From positions 378,386,001 through 378,450,000 of the forward strand of contig OZ024742.1 in the NCBI GenBank assembly GCA_964016885.1: a DNA stretch of 64,000 bases, read 5' to 3'. This stretch comes from Eledone cirrhosa (taxonomy: Eukaryota). The notes under the pieces were generated by a model. It saw only the letters and a program-made list of their open reading frames with translations. It was not told the DNA's origin and did not search any database. A program made the translations under genes and the position numbers. Shown here piece by piece: positions 40,501 to 53,400 of the stretch; within the stretch, counting starts at the first letter, position 1; every line of letters begins with the position of its first letter.

Positions 40501-42617
40501 CTGAGCAGTCTATTGTATTAATGTTGTGGTCATTTGTAGCTCTATTGTAGCACTGAGCATTGTATTGTATTAATGTTGTGGTCATTTGTTGTCTATTGTA
40601 GCACTGAGCAGTCTATTGTATTAATTTTGTGGTCATTTGTAGTCTATTGTAGAACTGAGCAGTCTATTGTATTAATGTTGTGGTCATTCCTAGTCTATTG
40701 TAGCACTGAGCAGTCTATTGTATTAATGTTGTCGTCATTTGTAGTCTATTGTAGCACTGAGCAGTCTATTGTATTAATGTTGTGGTCATTTGTAGCTCTA
40801 TTGTAGCACTGAGCAGTCTATTATATTAATGTTGTGGTCATTTGTAGTCTATTGTAGCACTGAGCAGTCTATTGTATTAGTGTTGTGGTCATTTGTAGCT
40901 CTATTGTAGCACTGAGCAGTCTATTGTATTAAAGTTGTGGTCATTTGTAGCTCTATTGTAGCACTGAGCAGTCTATTGTATTAATGTTGTGGTCATTTGT
41001 AGTCTATTGTAGCACTGAGCAGTCTATTGTATTAATGTTGTGGTCATTTGTAGTCTATTGTAGAACTGAGCAGTCTATTGTATTAATGTTGTGGTCATTT
41101 GTAGTCTATTGTAGCACTGAGCAGTCTGTTGTATTAATGTTGTGGTCAATTGTAGTCTATTGTAGCACTGAGCAGTCTATTGTATTAATGTTGTGGTCAT
41201 TTGTAGCTCTATTGTAGCACTGAGCATTGTATTGTATTAATGTTGTGGTCATTTGTAATCTATTGTAGCACTGAGCAGTCTATTGTATTAATGTTGTGGT
41301 CATTTGTAGCTCTATTGTAGCACTGAGCAGTCTATTGTATTAATGTTGTGGTTATTTGTAGCTCTATTGTAGCACTGAGCAGTCTATTGTATTAATGTTG
41401 TGGTCATTTGTAGTCTATTGTCGCACTGAGCAGTCTATTGTATTAGTGTTGTGGTCATTTGTAGCTCTATAGTAGCACCGAGCAGTCTATTGTATTAATG
41501 TTGTGGTCATTTTCAGCTCTATTGTAGCACTGAGCAGTCTATTGTATTAATGTTGTGGTCATTTGTAGCTCTATTGTAGCACTGAGCATTGTATTGTATT
41601 AATGTTGTGGTCATTTGTAATCTATTGTAGCACTGAGCAGTCTATTGTATTAATGGTGTGGTCATTTGTAGCTCTATTGTAGCACTGAGCAGTCTATTGT
41701 ATTAGTGTTGTGGTCATTTGTAGCTCTATTGTAGCACTGAGCAGTCTATTGTATTAATGTTGTGGTCAGTTGTAGTCTATTGTAGCACTGAGCAGTCTAT
41801 TGTATTAATGTTGTGGTCATTTGTAGCTCTATTGTAGCACTGAGCAGTCTATTGTATTAATGCTGTGGTCAGTTGTATTCTATTGTAGCACTGAGCAGAC
41901 TATTGTATTAATGTTGTGGTCATTTGTAATCTATTGTAGCACTGAGCAGTCTATTGTATTAATGAGGTGGTCATTTGTAGCTCTATTGTAGCACTGAGCA
42001 GTCTATTGTATTAATGTTGTGGTCATTTGTAGCTCTATTGTAGCACTGAGCAGTCTATTGTATTAATGTTGTGATCATTTGTAGTCTATTGTAGCACTGA
42101 GCAGTCTATTGTATTAGTGTTGTGGTCATTTGTAGCTCTATAGTAGCACTGAGCAGTCTATTGTATTAATGTTGTGCTCAGTTGTAGTCTATTGTAGCAC
42201 TGAGCAGTCTATTGTATTAATGTTGTGGTCATTTGTAGCTCTATTGTAGCACTGAGCAGTCTATTGTATTAATGTTGTGGTCATTTGTAGCTCTATTGTA
42301 GCACTGAGCAGTCTGTTGTATTAATGTTGTGGTCATTTGTAGTCTATTGTAGCACTGAGCAGTCTATTGTATTAATGTTGTGGTCATTTGTAGTCTATTG
42401 TAGCACTGAGCAGTGTATTGTATTAATGTTGTGGTCATTTGTAGCTCTATTGTAGCACTGAGTAGTGTATTGTATTAATGTTGTGTTCATTTGTAGGCTA
42501 TTGTAGCACTGACCAGTCTATTGTATTAATGTTGTGGTCATTTGTAGCTCTATTGTAGCACTGAGCTGTCTATTGTATTAATGTTGTGGTCATTTGTAGC
42601 TCTATTGTAGCACTGAG

Positions 42618-45600
42618 CAGTCTATTGTATTAATGTTGTGGTCATTTGTAGTCTATTGTAGCACTGAGCTGTCTATTGTATTAATGTTGTGGTCATTTGT
42701 AGCTCTATAGTAGCAATGAGCAGTCTATTGTATTAATGTTGTGGTCATTTGTAGTCTATTGTAGCACTGAGCAGTCTACTGTATTAATGTTGTGGTCATT
42801 TGTAGCTCTATTGTAGCACTGAGCAATCTATTGTATTAACGTTGTGGTCATTTGAAGTCTATTGTAGCACTGAGCAGTCTATTGTATTAATGTTGTGGTC
42901 ATTTGTAGTCTATTGTAGCACTGAGCAGTCTGTTGTATTAATGTTGTGGTCATTTGTAGCTCTATTGTAGCACTGAGCAGTCTATTGTATTAATGTTGTG
43001 GTCATTTGTAGTGTATTGTAGCACTGAGCAGTCTGTTGTATTAATGTTGTGGTCATTTGTAGCTCTATTGTAGCACTGAGCACTTTATAGTATTAATGTT
43101 GTGGTCATTTGTAGTCTATTATAGCACTGAGCAGTCTGTTGTATTACTGCTGTGGTCATTTGTAGCTCTATTGTAGCACTGAGTAGTCTATTGTATTAAT
43201 GTTGTGGTCATTTGTAGTCTATTGTAGCACTGAGCAGTCTATTGTATTAATGTTGTGGTCATTTGTAGCTCTATTGTAGCACTGTGCCGTGTATTGTATT
43301 AGTGTTGTGGTCATTTGTAGCTCTATTGTAGCACTGAGCAGTCTATTGTATTAATGTTGTGGTCAGTTGTATTCTATTGTAGCACTGAGCAGACTATTGT
43401 ATTAATGTTGTGATCATTTGTAGTATATTGTAGTTCTGAGCAGTCTATTGTATTGATGTTGTGGTCATTTGTAGTCTATTGTAGCACTGAGCAGTCTATT
43501 GTATTAATGTTGTGGTCATTTGTAGTCTATTGTAGCACTGAGCAGTCTATTGTATTAATGTTGTGGTCATTTGTAGTCTATTGTAGCACTGAGCAGTCTA
43601 TTGTATTAATGTTGTGGTCATTTGTAGCTCTATTGTAGCACTGAGCAGTCTATTATATTAATGTTGTGGTCATTTGTAGTCTATTGTAGCACTGAGCAGT
43701 CTATTGTATTAGTGCTGTGGTCATTTGTCGCTCTATTGTAGCACTGAGCAGTCTATTGTATTAATGTTGTGGTCAGTTGTAGTCTATTGTAGCACTGAGC
43801 AGTCTATTGTATTAATGTTGTGGTCATTTGTAGCTCTATTGTAGCACTGAGCAGTCTATTGTATTAATGTTGTGGTCATTTGTAGCTCTATTGTAGCACT
43901 GAGCAGTCTATTGTATTAATGTTGTGGTCATTTGTAGCTCTATTGTATCACTGAGCAGTCTATTGTATTATTGTTGTGGTCATTTGTAGCTCTATAGTAG
44001 CACTGAGCAGTCTATTGTATTAATGTTGTGCTCAGTTGTAGTCTATTGTAGCACTGAGCAGTCTATTGTATTAATGTTGTGGTCATTTGTAGCTCTATTG
44101 TAGCACTGAGCAGTCTATTGTATTAATGTTGTGGTCATTTGTAGTCTATTGTAGCACTAAGCAGTCTATTGTATTAGTGTTGTGGTCATTTGTAGCTCAA
44201 TAGTAGCACTGAGCAGTCTATTGTATTTATGTTGTGGTCATTTGTAGCTCTATTGTAGCACTGAACAGTCTATTGTATTAATGTTGTGGTCATTTGTAGT
44301 CTATTGTAGCACTGAGCTGTCTATTGTATTAATGTTGTGGTCATTTGTAGCTCTATAGTAGCAATGAGCAGTCTATTGTATTAATGTTGTGGTCATTTGT
44401 AGTCTATTGTAGCACTGAGCAGTCTACTGTATTAATGTTGTGGTCATTTGTAGCTCTATTGTAGCACTGAGCAATCTATTGTATTAACGTTGTGGTCATT
44501 TGAAGTCTATTGTAGCACTGAGCAGTCTATTGTATTAATGTTGTGGTCATTTGTAGTCTATTGTAGCACTGAGCAGTCTGTTGTATTAATGTTGTGGTCA
44601 TTTGTAGCTCTATTGTAGCACTGAGCAGTCTATTGTATTAATGTTGTGGTCATTTGTAGTGTATTGTAGCACTGAGCAGTCTGTTGTATTAATGTTGTGG
44701 TCATTTGTAGCTCTATTGTAGCACTGAGCACTTTATAGTATTAATGTTGTGGTCATTTGTAGTCTATTATAGCACTGAGCAGTCTGTTGTATTACTGCTG
44801 TGGTCATTTGTAGCTCTATTGTAGCACTGAGTAGTCTATTGTATTAATGTTGTGGTCATTTGTAGTCTATTGTAGCACTGAGCAGTCTATTGTATTAATG
44901 TTGTGGTCATTTGTAGCTCTATTGTAGCACTGTGCCGTGTATTGTATTAGTGTTGTGGTCATTTGTAGCTCTATTGTAGCACTGAGCAGTCTATTGTATT
45001 AATGTTGTGGTCAGTTGTATTCTATTGTAGCACTGAGCAGACTATTGTATTAATGTTGTGATCATTTGTAGTATATTGTAGTTCTGAGCAGTCTATTGTA
45101 TTGATGTTGTGGTCATTTGTAGTCTATTGTAGCACTGAGCAGTCTATTGTATTAATGTTGTGGTCATTTGTAGTCTATTGTAGCACTGAGCAGTCTATTG
45201 TATTAATGTTGTGGTCATTTGTAGTCTATTGTAGCACTGAGCAGTCTATTGTATTAATGTTGTGGTCATTTGTAGCTCTATTGTAGCACTGAGCAGTCTA
45301 TTATATTAATGTTGTGGTCATTTGTAGTCTATTGTAGCACTGAGCAGTCTATTGTATTAGTGCTGTGGTCATTTGTCGCTCTATTGTAGCACTGAGCAGT
45401 CTATTGTATTAATGTTGTGGTCAGTTGTAGTCTATTGTAGCACTGAGCAGTCTATTGTATTAATGTTGTGGTCATTTGTAGCTCTATTGTAGCACTGAGC
45501 AGTCTATTGTATTAATGTTGTGGTCATTTGTAGCTCTATTGTAGCACTGAGCAGTCTATTGTATTAATGTTGTGGTCATTTGTAGCTCTATTGTATCACT

Positions 45601-48600
45601 GAGCAGTCTATTGTATTATTGTTGTGGTCATTTGTAGCTCTATAGTAGCACTGAGCAGTCTATTGTATTAATGTTGTGCTCAGTTGTAGTCTATTGTAGC
45701 ACTGAGCAGTCTATTGTATTAATGTTGTGGTCATTTGTAGCTCTATTGTAGCACTGAGCAGTCTATTGTATTAATGTTGTGGTCATTTGTAGTCTATTGT
45801 AGCACTAAGCAGTCTATTGTATTAGTGTTGTGGTCATTTGTAGCTCAATAGTAGCACTGAGCAGTCTATTGTATTTATGTTGTGGTCATTTGTAGCTCTA
45901 TTGTAGCACTGAACAGTCTATTGTATTAATGTTGTGGTCATTTGTAGTCTATTGTAGCACTGAGCAGTCTATTGTATTAATGTTGTGGTCATTTGTAGTC
46001 TATTGTAGCACTGAGCAGTCTATTTTATTAATGTTGTGGTCATTTGTAGTCTATTGTAGCACTGAGCATTGTATTGTATTAATGTTGTGGTCATTTGTAG
46101 TCTATTGTAGCACTGAGCAGTGTATTGTATTAATGTTGTGGTCATTTGTAGCTCTATTGTAGCACTGTGTAGTGTATTGTATTAATGTTGTGTTCATTTG
46201 TAGTCTATTGTAGCACTGAGCAGTCTACTGTATTAATGTTGTGGTCATTTGTAGCTCTATTGTAGCACTGAGCAATCTATTGTATTAACGTTGTGGTCAT
46301 TTGAAGTCTATTGTAGCACTGAGCAGTCTATTGTATTAATGTTGTGGTCATTTGTAGTCTATTGTAGCACTGAGCAGTCTGTTGTATTAATGTTGTGGTC
46401 ATTTGTAGCTCTATTGTAGCACTGAGCAGTCTATTGTATTAATGTTGTGGTCATTTGTAGTGTATTGTAGCACTGAGCAGTCTGTTGTATTAATGTTGTG
46501 GTCATTTGTAGCTCTATTGTAGCACTGAGCACTTTATAGTATTAATGTTGTGGTCATTTGTAGTCTATTATAGCACTGAGCAGTCTGTTGTATTACTGCT
46601 GTGGTCATTTGTAGCTCTATTGTAGCACTGAGTAGTCTATTGTATTAATGTTGTGGTCATTTGTAGTCTATTGTAGCACTGAGCAGTCTATTGTATTAAT
46701 GTTGTGGTCATTTGTAGCTCTATTGTAGCACTGTGCCGTGTATTGTATTAGTGTTGTGGTCATTTGTAGCTCTATTGTAGCACTGAGCAGTCTATTGTAT
46801 TAATGTTGTGGTCAGTTGTATTCTATTGTAGCACTGAGCAGACTATTGTATTAATGTTGTGATCATTTGTAGTATATTGTAGTTCTGAGCAGTCTATTGT
46901 ATTGATGTTGTGGTCATTTGTAGTCTATTGTAGCACTGAGCAGTCTATTGTATTAATGTTGTGGTCATTTGTAGTCTATTGTAGCACTGAGCAGTCTATT
47001 GTATTAATGTTGTGGTCATTTGTAGTCTATTGTAGCACTGAGCAGTCTATTGTATTAATGTTGTGGTCATTTGTAGCTCTATTGTAGCACTGAGCAGTCT
47101 ATTATATTAATGTTGTGGTCATTTGTAGTCTATTGTAGCACTGAGCAGTCTATTGTATTAGTGCTGTGGTCATTTGTCGCTCTATTGTAGCACTGAGCAG
47201 TCTATTGTATTAATGTTGTGGTCAGTTGTAGTCTATTGTAGCACTGAGCAGTCTATTGTATTAATGTTGTGGTCATTTGTAGCTCTATTGTAGCACTGAG
47301 CAGTCTATTGTATTAATGTTGTGGTCATTTGTAGCTCTATTGTAGCACTGAGCAGTCTATTGTATTAATGTTGTGGTCATTTGTAGCTCTATTGTATCAC
47401 TGAGCAGTCTATTGTATTATTGTTGTGGTCATTTGTAGCTCTATAGTAGCACTGAGCAGTCTATTGTATTAATGTTGTGCTCAGTTGTAGTCTATTGTAG
47501 CACTGAGCAGTCTATTGTATTAATGTTGTGGTCATTTGTAGCTCTATTGTAGCACTGAGCAGTCTATTGTATTAATGTTGTGGTCATTTGTAGTCTATTG
47601 TAGCACTAAGCAGTCTATTGTATTAGTGTTGTGGTCATTTGTAGCTCAATAGTAGCACTGAGCAGTCTATTGTATTTATGTTGTGGTCATTTGTAGCTCT
47701 ATTGTAGCACTGAACAGTCTATTGTATTAATGTTGTGGTCATTTGTAGTCTATTGTAGCACTGAGCTGTCTATTGTATTAATGTTGTGGTCATTTGTAGC
47801 TCTATAGTAGCAATGAGCAGTCTATTGTATTAATGTTGTGGTCATTTGTAGTCTATTGTAGCACTGAGCAGTCTACTGTATTAATGTTGTGGTCATTTGT
47901 AGCTCTATTGTAGCACTGAGCAATCTATTGTATTAACGTTGTGGTCATTTGAAGTCTATTGTAGCACTGAGCAGTCTATTGTATTAATGTTGTGGTCATT
48001 TGTAGTCTATTGTAGCACTGAGCAGTCTGTTGTATTAATGTTGTGGTCATTTGTAGCTCTATTGTAGCACTGAGCAGTCTATTGTATTAATGTTGTGGTC
48101 ATTTGTAGTGTATTGTAGCACTGAGCAGTCTGTTGTATTAATGTTGTGGTCATTTGTAGCTCTATTGTAGCACTGAGCACTTTATAGTATTAATGTTGTG
48201 GTCATTTGTAGTCTATTATAGCACTGAGCAGTCTGTTGTATTACTGCTGTGGTCATTTGTAGCTCTATTGTAGCACTGAGTAGTCTATTGTATTAATGTT
48301 GTGGTCATTTGTAGTCTATTGTAGCACTGAGCAGTCTATTGTATTAATGTTGTGGTCATTTGTAGCTCTATTGTAGCACTGTGCCGTGTATTGTATTAGT
48401 GTTGTGGTCATTTGTAGCTCTATTGTAGCACTGAGCAGTCTATTGTATTAATGTTGTGGTCAGTTGTATTCTATTGTAGCACTGAGCAGACTATTGTATT
48501 AATGTTGTGATCATTTGTAGTATATTGTAGTTCTGAGCAGTCTATTGTATTGATGTTGTGGTCATTTGTAGTCTATTGTAGCACTGAGCAGTCTATTGTA

Positions 48601-49668
48601 TTAATGTTGTGGTCATTTGTAGTCTATTGTAGCACTGAGCAGTCTATTGTATTAATGTTGTGGTCATTTGTAGTCTATTGTAGCACTGAGCAGTCTATTG
48701 TATTAATGTTGTGGTCATTTGTAGCTCTATTGTAGCACTGAGCAGTCTATTATATTAATGTTGTGGTCATTTGTAGTCTATTGTAGCACTGAGCAGTCTA
48801 TTGTATTAGTGCTGTGGTCATTTGTCGCTCTATTGTAGCACTGAGCAGTCTATTGTATTAATGTTGTGGTCAGTTGTAGTCTATTGTAGCACTGAGCAGT
48901 CTATTGTATTAATGTTGTGGTCATTTGTAGCTCTATTGTAGCACTGAGCAGTCTATTGTATTAATGTTGTGGTCATTTGTAGCTCTATTGTAGCACTGAG
49001 CAGTCTATTGTATTAATGTTGTGGTCATTTGTAGCTCTATTGTATCACTGAGCAGTCTATTGTATTATTGTTGTGGTCATTTGTAGCTCTATAGTAGCAC
49101 TGAGCAGTCTATTGTATTAATGTTGTGCTCAGTTGTAGTCTATTGTAGCACTGAGCAGTCTATTGTATTAATGTTGTGGTCATTTGTAGCTCTATTGTAG
49201 CACTGAGCAGTCTATTGTATTAATGTTGTGGTCATTTGTAGTCTATTGTAGCACTAAGCAGTCTATTGTATTAGTGTTGTGGTCATTTGTAGCTCAATAG
49301 TAGCACTGAGCAGTCTATTGTATTTATGTTGTGGTCATTTGTAGCTCTATTGTAGCACTGAACAGTCTATTGTATTAATGTTGTGGTCATTTGTAGTCTA
49401 TTGTAGCACTGAGCAGTCTATTGTATTAATGTTGTGGTCATTTGTAGTCTATTGTAGCACTGAGCAGTCTATTTTATTAATGTTGTGGTCATTTGTAGTC
49501 TATTGTAGCACTGAGCATTGTATTGTATTAATGTTGTGGTCATTTGTAGTCTATTGTAGCACTGAGCAGTGTATTGTATTAATGTTGTGGTCATTTGTAG
49601 CTCTATTGTAGCACTGTGTAGTGTATTGTATTAATGTTGTGTTCATTTGTAGTCTATTGTAGCACTGA
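42618..49668. repeat. Distinct sub-domain: four copies of a ~1.65-kb unit arranged as 2 x 3,449 bp (1,648 + 1,801)
   Basis: Marker ORFs at 43453, 45101, 46902 and 48550 (spacings 1648, 1801, 1648), and 45929/49378 (3449). Domain-specific variants include CTTTATAG, TTACTGCTG, TGTGCCGTG, AGTGCTG, ACTAAGC and CTCAATAG. Confidence 0.92.
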
Positions 49669-49920
49669 CCAGTCTATTGTATTAATGTTGTGGTCATTTG
49701 TAGCTCTATTGTAGCACTGAGCAGTCTATTGTATTAATGTTGTGGTCATTTGTAGCTCTATTGTAGCACTGAGCAGTCTATTGTATTAATGTTGTGGTCA
49801 TTTGTAGTCTATTGTAGCACTGAGCTGTCTATTGTATTAATGTTGTGGTCATTTGTAGCTCTATAGTAGCAATGAGCAGTCTATTTTATTAATGTTGTGG
49901 TAATTTGTAGTCTATTGTAG

Positions 49921-50230
49921 CACTGAGCAGTCTATTGTATTAATGTTGTGGTCATTTGTAGTACTATTGTAGCACTGAGCAGTGTATTGTATTAATATTG
50001 TGGTCATTTGTAGTCTATTGTAGCACTGAGCAGTCTATTGTATTAATGTTGTGGTCATTTGTAGTACTATTGTAGCACTGAGCAGTGTATTGTATTAATA
50101 TTGTGGTCATTTGTAGTCTATTGTAGCACTGAGCAGTCTATTGTATTAATGTTGTGGTCATTTGTAGTACTATTGTAGCACTGAGCAGTGTATTGTATTA
50201 ATATTGTGGTCATTTGTAGTCTATTGTAGC
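49921..50230. repeat. Three tandem copies of a variant 103-bp dimer carrying AGTACT
   Basis: GTACTATTG at 49961, 50064 and 50167 (spacing 103), each followed by CAGTGTATTGTATTAATATTG. Confidence 0.9.
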
Positions 50231-50448
50231 ACTGAGCAGTCTATTGTATTAATGTTGTGGTCATTTGTAGTCTATTGTAGCACTGAGCAGTCTACTGTAT
50301 TAATGTTGTGGTCATTTGTAGCTCTATTGTAGCACTGAGCAATCTATTGTATTAACGTTGTGGTCATTTGAAGTCTATTGTAGCACTGAGCAGTCTATTG
50401 TATTAATGTTGTGGTCATTTGTAGTCTATTGTAGCACTGAGCAGTCTG

Positions 50449-53400
50449 TTGTATTAATGTTGTGGTCAGTTGTAGTCTATTGTAGCACTGAGCAGTCTAT
50501 TGTATTAATGTTGTGGTCATTTGTAGTCTATTGTAGAACTGAGCAGTCTATTGTGTGGTCATTTGTAGTCTATTGTAGCACTGAGCAGTCTGTTGTATTA
50601 ATGTCGTGGTCAGTTGTAGTCTATTGTAGCACTGAGCAGTCTATTGTATTAATGTTGTGGTCATTTGTAGCTCTATTGTAGCACTGAGCAGTCTATTGTA
50701 TTAATGTTGTGGTCATTTGTCGCTCTATTGTAGCACTGAGCATTGTATTGTATTAATGTTGTGGTCATTTGTTGTCTATTGTAGCACTGAGCAGTCTATT
50801 GTATTAATTTTGTGGTCATTTGTAGTCTATTGTAGAACTGAGCAGTCTATTGTATTAATGTTGTGGTCATTCCTAATCTATTGTAGCACTGAGCAGTCTA
50901 TTGTATTAATGTTGTGGTCATTTGTAGTCTATTGTAGCACTGAGCAGTCTATTGTATTAATGTTGTGGTCATTTGTAGCTCTATTGTAGCACTGAGCAGT
51001 CTATTATATTAATGTTGTGGTCATTTGTAGTCTATTGTAGCACTGAGCAGTCTATTGTATTAGTGTTGTGGTCATTTGTAGCTCTATTGTAGCACTGAGC
51101 AGTCTATTGTATTAATGTTGTGGTCAGTTGTAGTCTATTGTAGCACTGAGCAGTCTATTGTATTAATGTTGTGGTCATTTGTAGTCTATTGTAGAACTGA
51201 GCAGTCTATTGTGTGGTCATTTGTAGTCTATTGTAGCACTGAGCAGTCTGTTGTATTAATGTCGTGGTCAGTTGTAGTCTATTGTAGCACTGAGCAGTCT
51301 ATTGTATTAATGTTGTGGTCATTTGTAGCTCTATTGTAGCACTGAGCAGTCTATTGTATTAATGTTGTGGTCATTTGTCGCTCTATTGTAGCACTGAGCA
51401 TTGTATTGTATTAATGTTGTGGTCATTTGTAATCTATTGTAGCACTGAGCAGTCTATTGTATTAGTGTTGTGGTCATTTGTAGCTCTATTGTAGCACTGA
51501 GCAGTCTATTGTATTAATGTTGTGGTCAGTTGTAGTCTATTGTAGCACTGAGCAGTCTATTGTATTAATGTTGTGGTCATTTGTAGCTCTATTGTAGCAC
51601 TGAGCAGTCTATTGTATTAATGTTGTGGTCATTTGTAGCTCTATAGTAGCACTGAGCAGTCTATTGTATTAATGTTGTGGTCAGTTGTAGTCTATTGTAG
51701 CACTGAGCAGTCTATTGTATTAATGTTGTGGTCATTTGTAGCTCTATTGTAGCACTGAGCAGTCTATTGTATTAATGTTGTGGTCAGTTGTAGTCTATTG
51801 TAGCACTGAGCAGTCTATTGTATTAATGTTGTGGTCATTTGTAGCTCTATTGTATCACTGAGCAGTCTATTGTATTAATGTTGTGGTCATTTGTAGCTCT
51901 ATTGTAGCACTGAGCATTGTATTGTATCAATGTTGTGGTCATTTGTAGTCTATTGTAGCACTGAGCAGTCTATTGTATTAATGTTGTGGTCATTTGTAGC
52001 TCTATTGTAGCACTGAGCAGTCTATTGTATTAATGTTGTGGTCATTTGTAACTCTATTGTAGCACTGAGCAGTCTATTGTATTAATATTGTGGTCATTTG
52101 TAGTCTATTGTAGCACTGAGCAGTCTATTGTATTAGTGTTGTGGTCATTTGTAGCTCTATAGTAGCACTGAGCAGTCTATTGTATTAAAGTTGTGGTCAG
52201 TTGTAGTCTATTGTAGCACTGAGCAGTCTATTGTATTAATGGTGTGGTCATTTGTAGCTCTATTGTAGCAATGAGCAGTCTATTGTATTAATGTTGTGGT
52301 CATTTGTAGCTCTATTGTAGCACTGAGCATTGTATTGTATTAATGTTGTGGTCATTTGTAATCTATTGTAGCACTGAGCAGTCTATTGTATTAATGTTGT
52401 GGTCATTTGTAGCTCTATTGTAGCACTGAGCAGTCTATTGTATTAATGTTGTGGTCCGTTGTAGTCTATTGTAGCACTGAGCAGTCTATTGTATTAATGT
52501 TGTGGTCATTTGTAGCTCTATTGTAGCACTGAGCAGTCTATTGTATTAATGTTGTGGTCAGTTGTAGTCTATTGTAGCACTGAGCAGTCTATTGTATTAA
52601 TGTTGTGATCATTTGTAGCTCTATTGTATCACTGAGCAGTCTATTGTATTAATGTTGTGGTCATTTGTATTTCTATTGTAGCACTGAGCATTGTATTGTA
52701 TTAATGTTGTGGTCATTTGTAGTCTATTGTAGCACTGAGCAGTCTATTGTATTAATGTTGTGGTCATTTGTAGCTCTATTGTAGCACTGAGCAGTCTATT
52801 GTATTAATGTTGTGGTCATTTGTAGCTCTATTGTAGCACTGAGCAGTCTATTGTATTAATGTTGTGGTCATTTGTAGTCTATTGTAGCACTGCGCAGTCT
52901 ATTGTATTAGTGTTGTGATCATTTGTAGCTCTATAGTAGCACTGAGCAGTCTATTGTATTAATGTTGTGGTCAGTTGTAGTCTATTGTAGCACTGAGCAC
53001 TCTATTGTATTAATGTTGTGGTCATTTGTAGCTCTATTGTAGCACTGAGCAGTCTATTGTATTAATGTTGTGGTCATTTGTAGCTCTATAGTAGCACTGA
53101 GCAGTCTATTGTATTAATGTTGTGGTCAGTTGTAGTCTATTGTAGCACTGAGCAGTCTATTGTATTAATGTTGTGGTCATTTGTAGCTCTATTGTAGCAC
53201 TGAGCAGTCTATTGTATTAATGTTGTGGTCATTTGTAGTCTATTGTAGCACTGAGCAGTCTATTGTATTAGTGTTGTGGTCATTTGTAGCTCTATAGTAG
53301 CACTGAGCAGTCTATTGTATTAATGTTGTGGTCATTTGTAGCTCTATTGTAGCACTGAGCATTGTATTGTATTAATGTTGTGGTCATTTGTTGTCTATTG

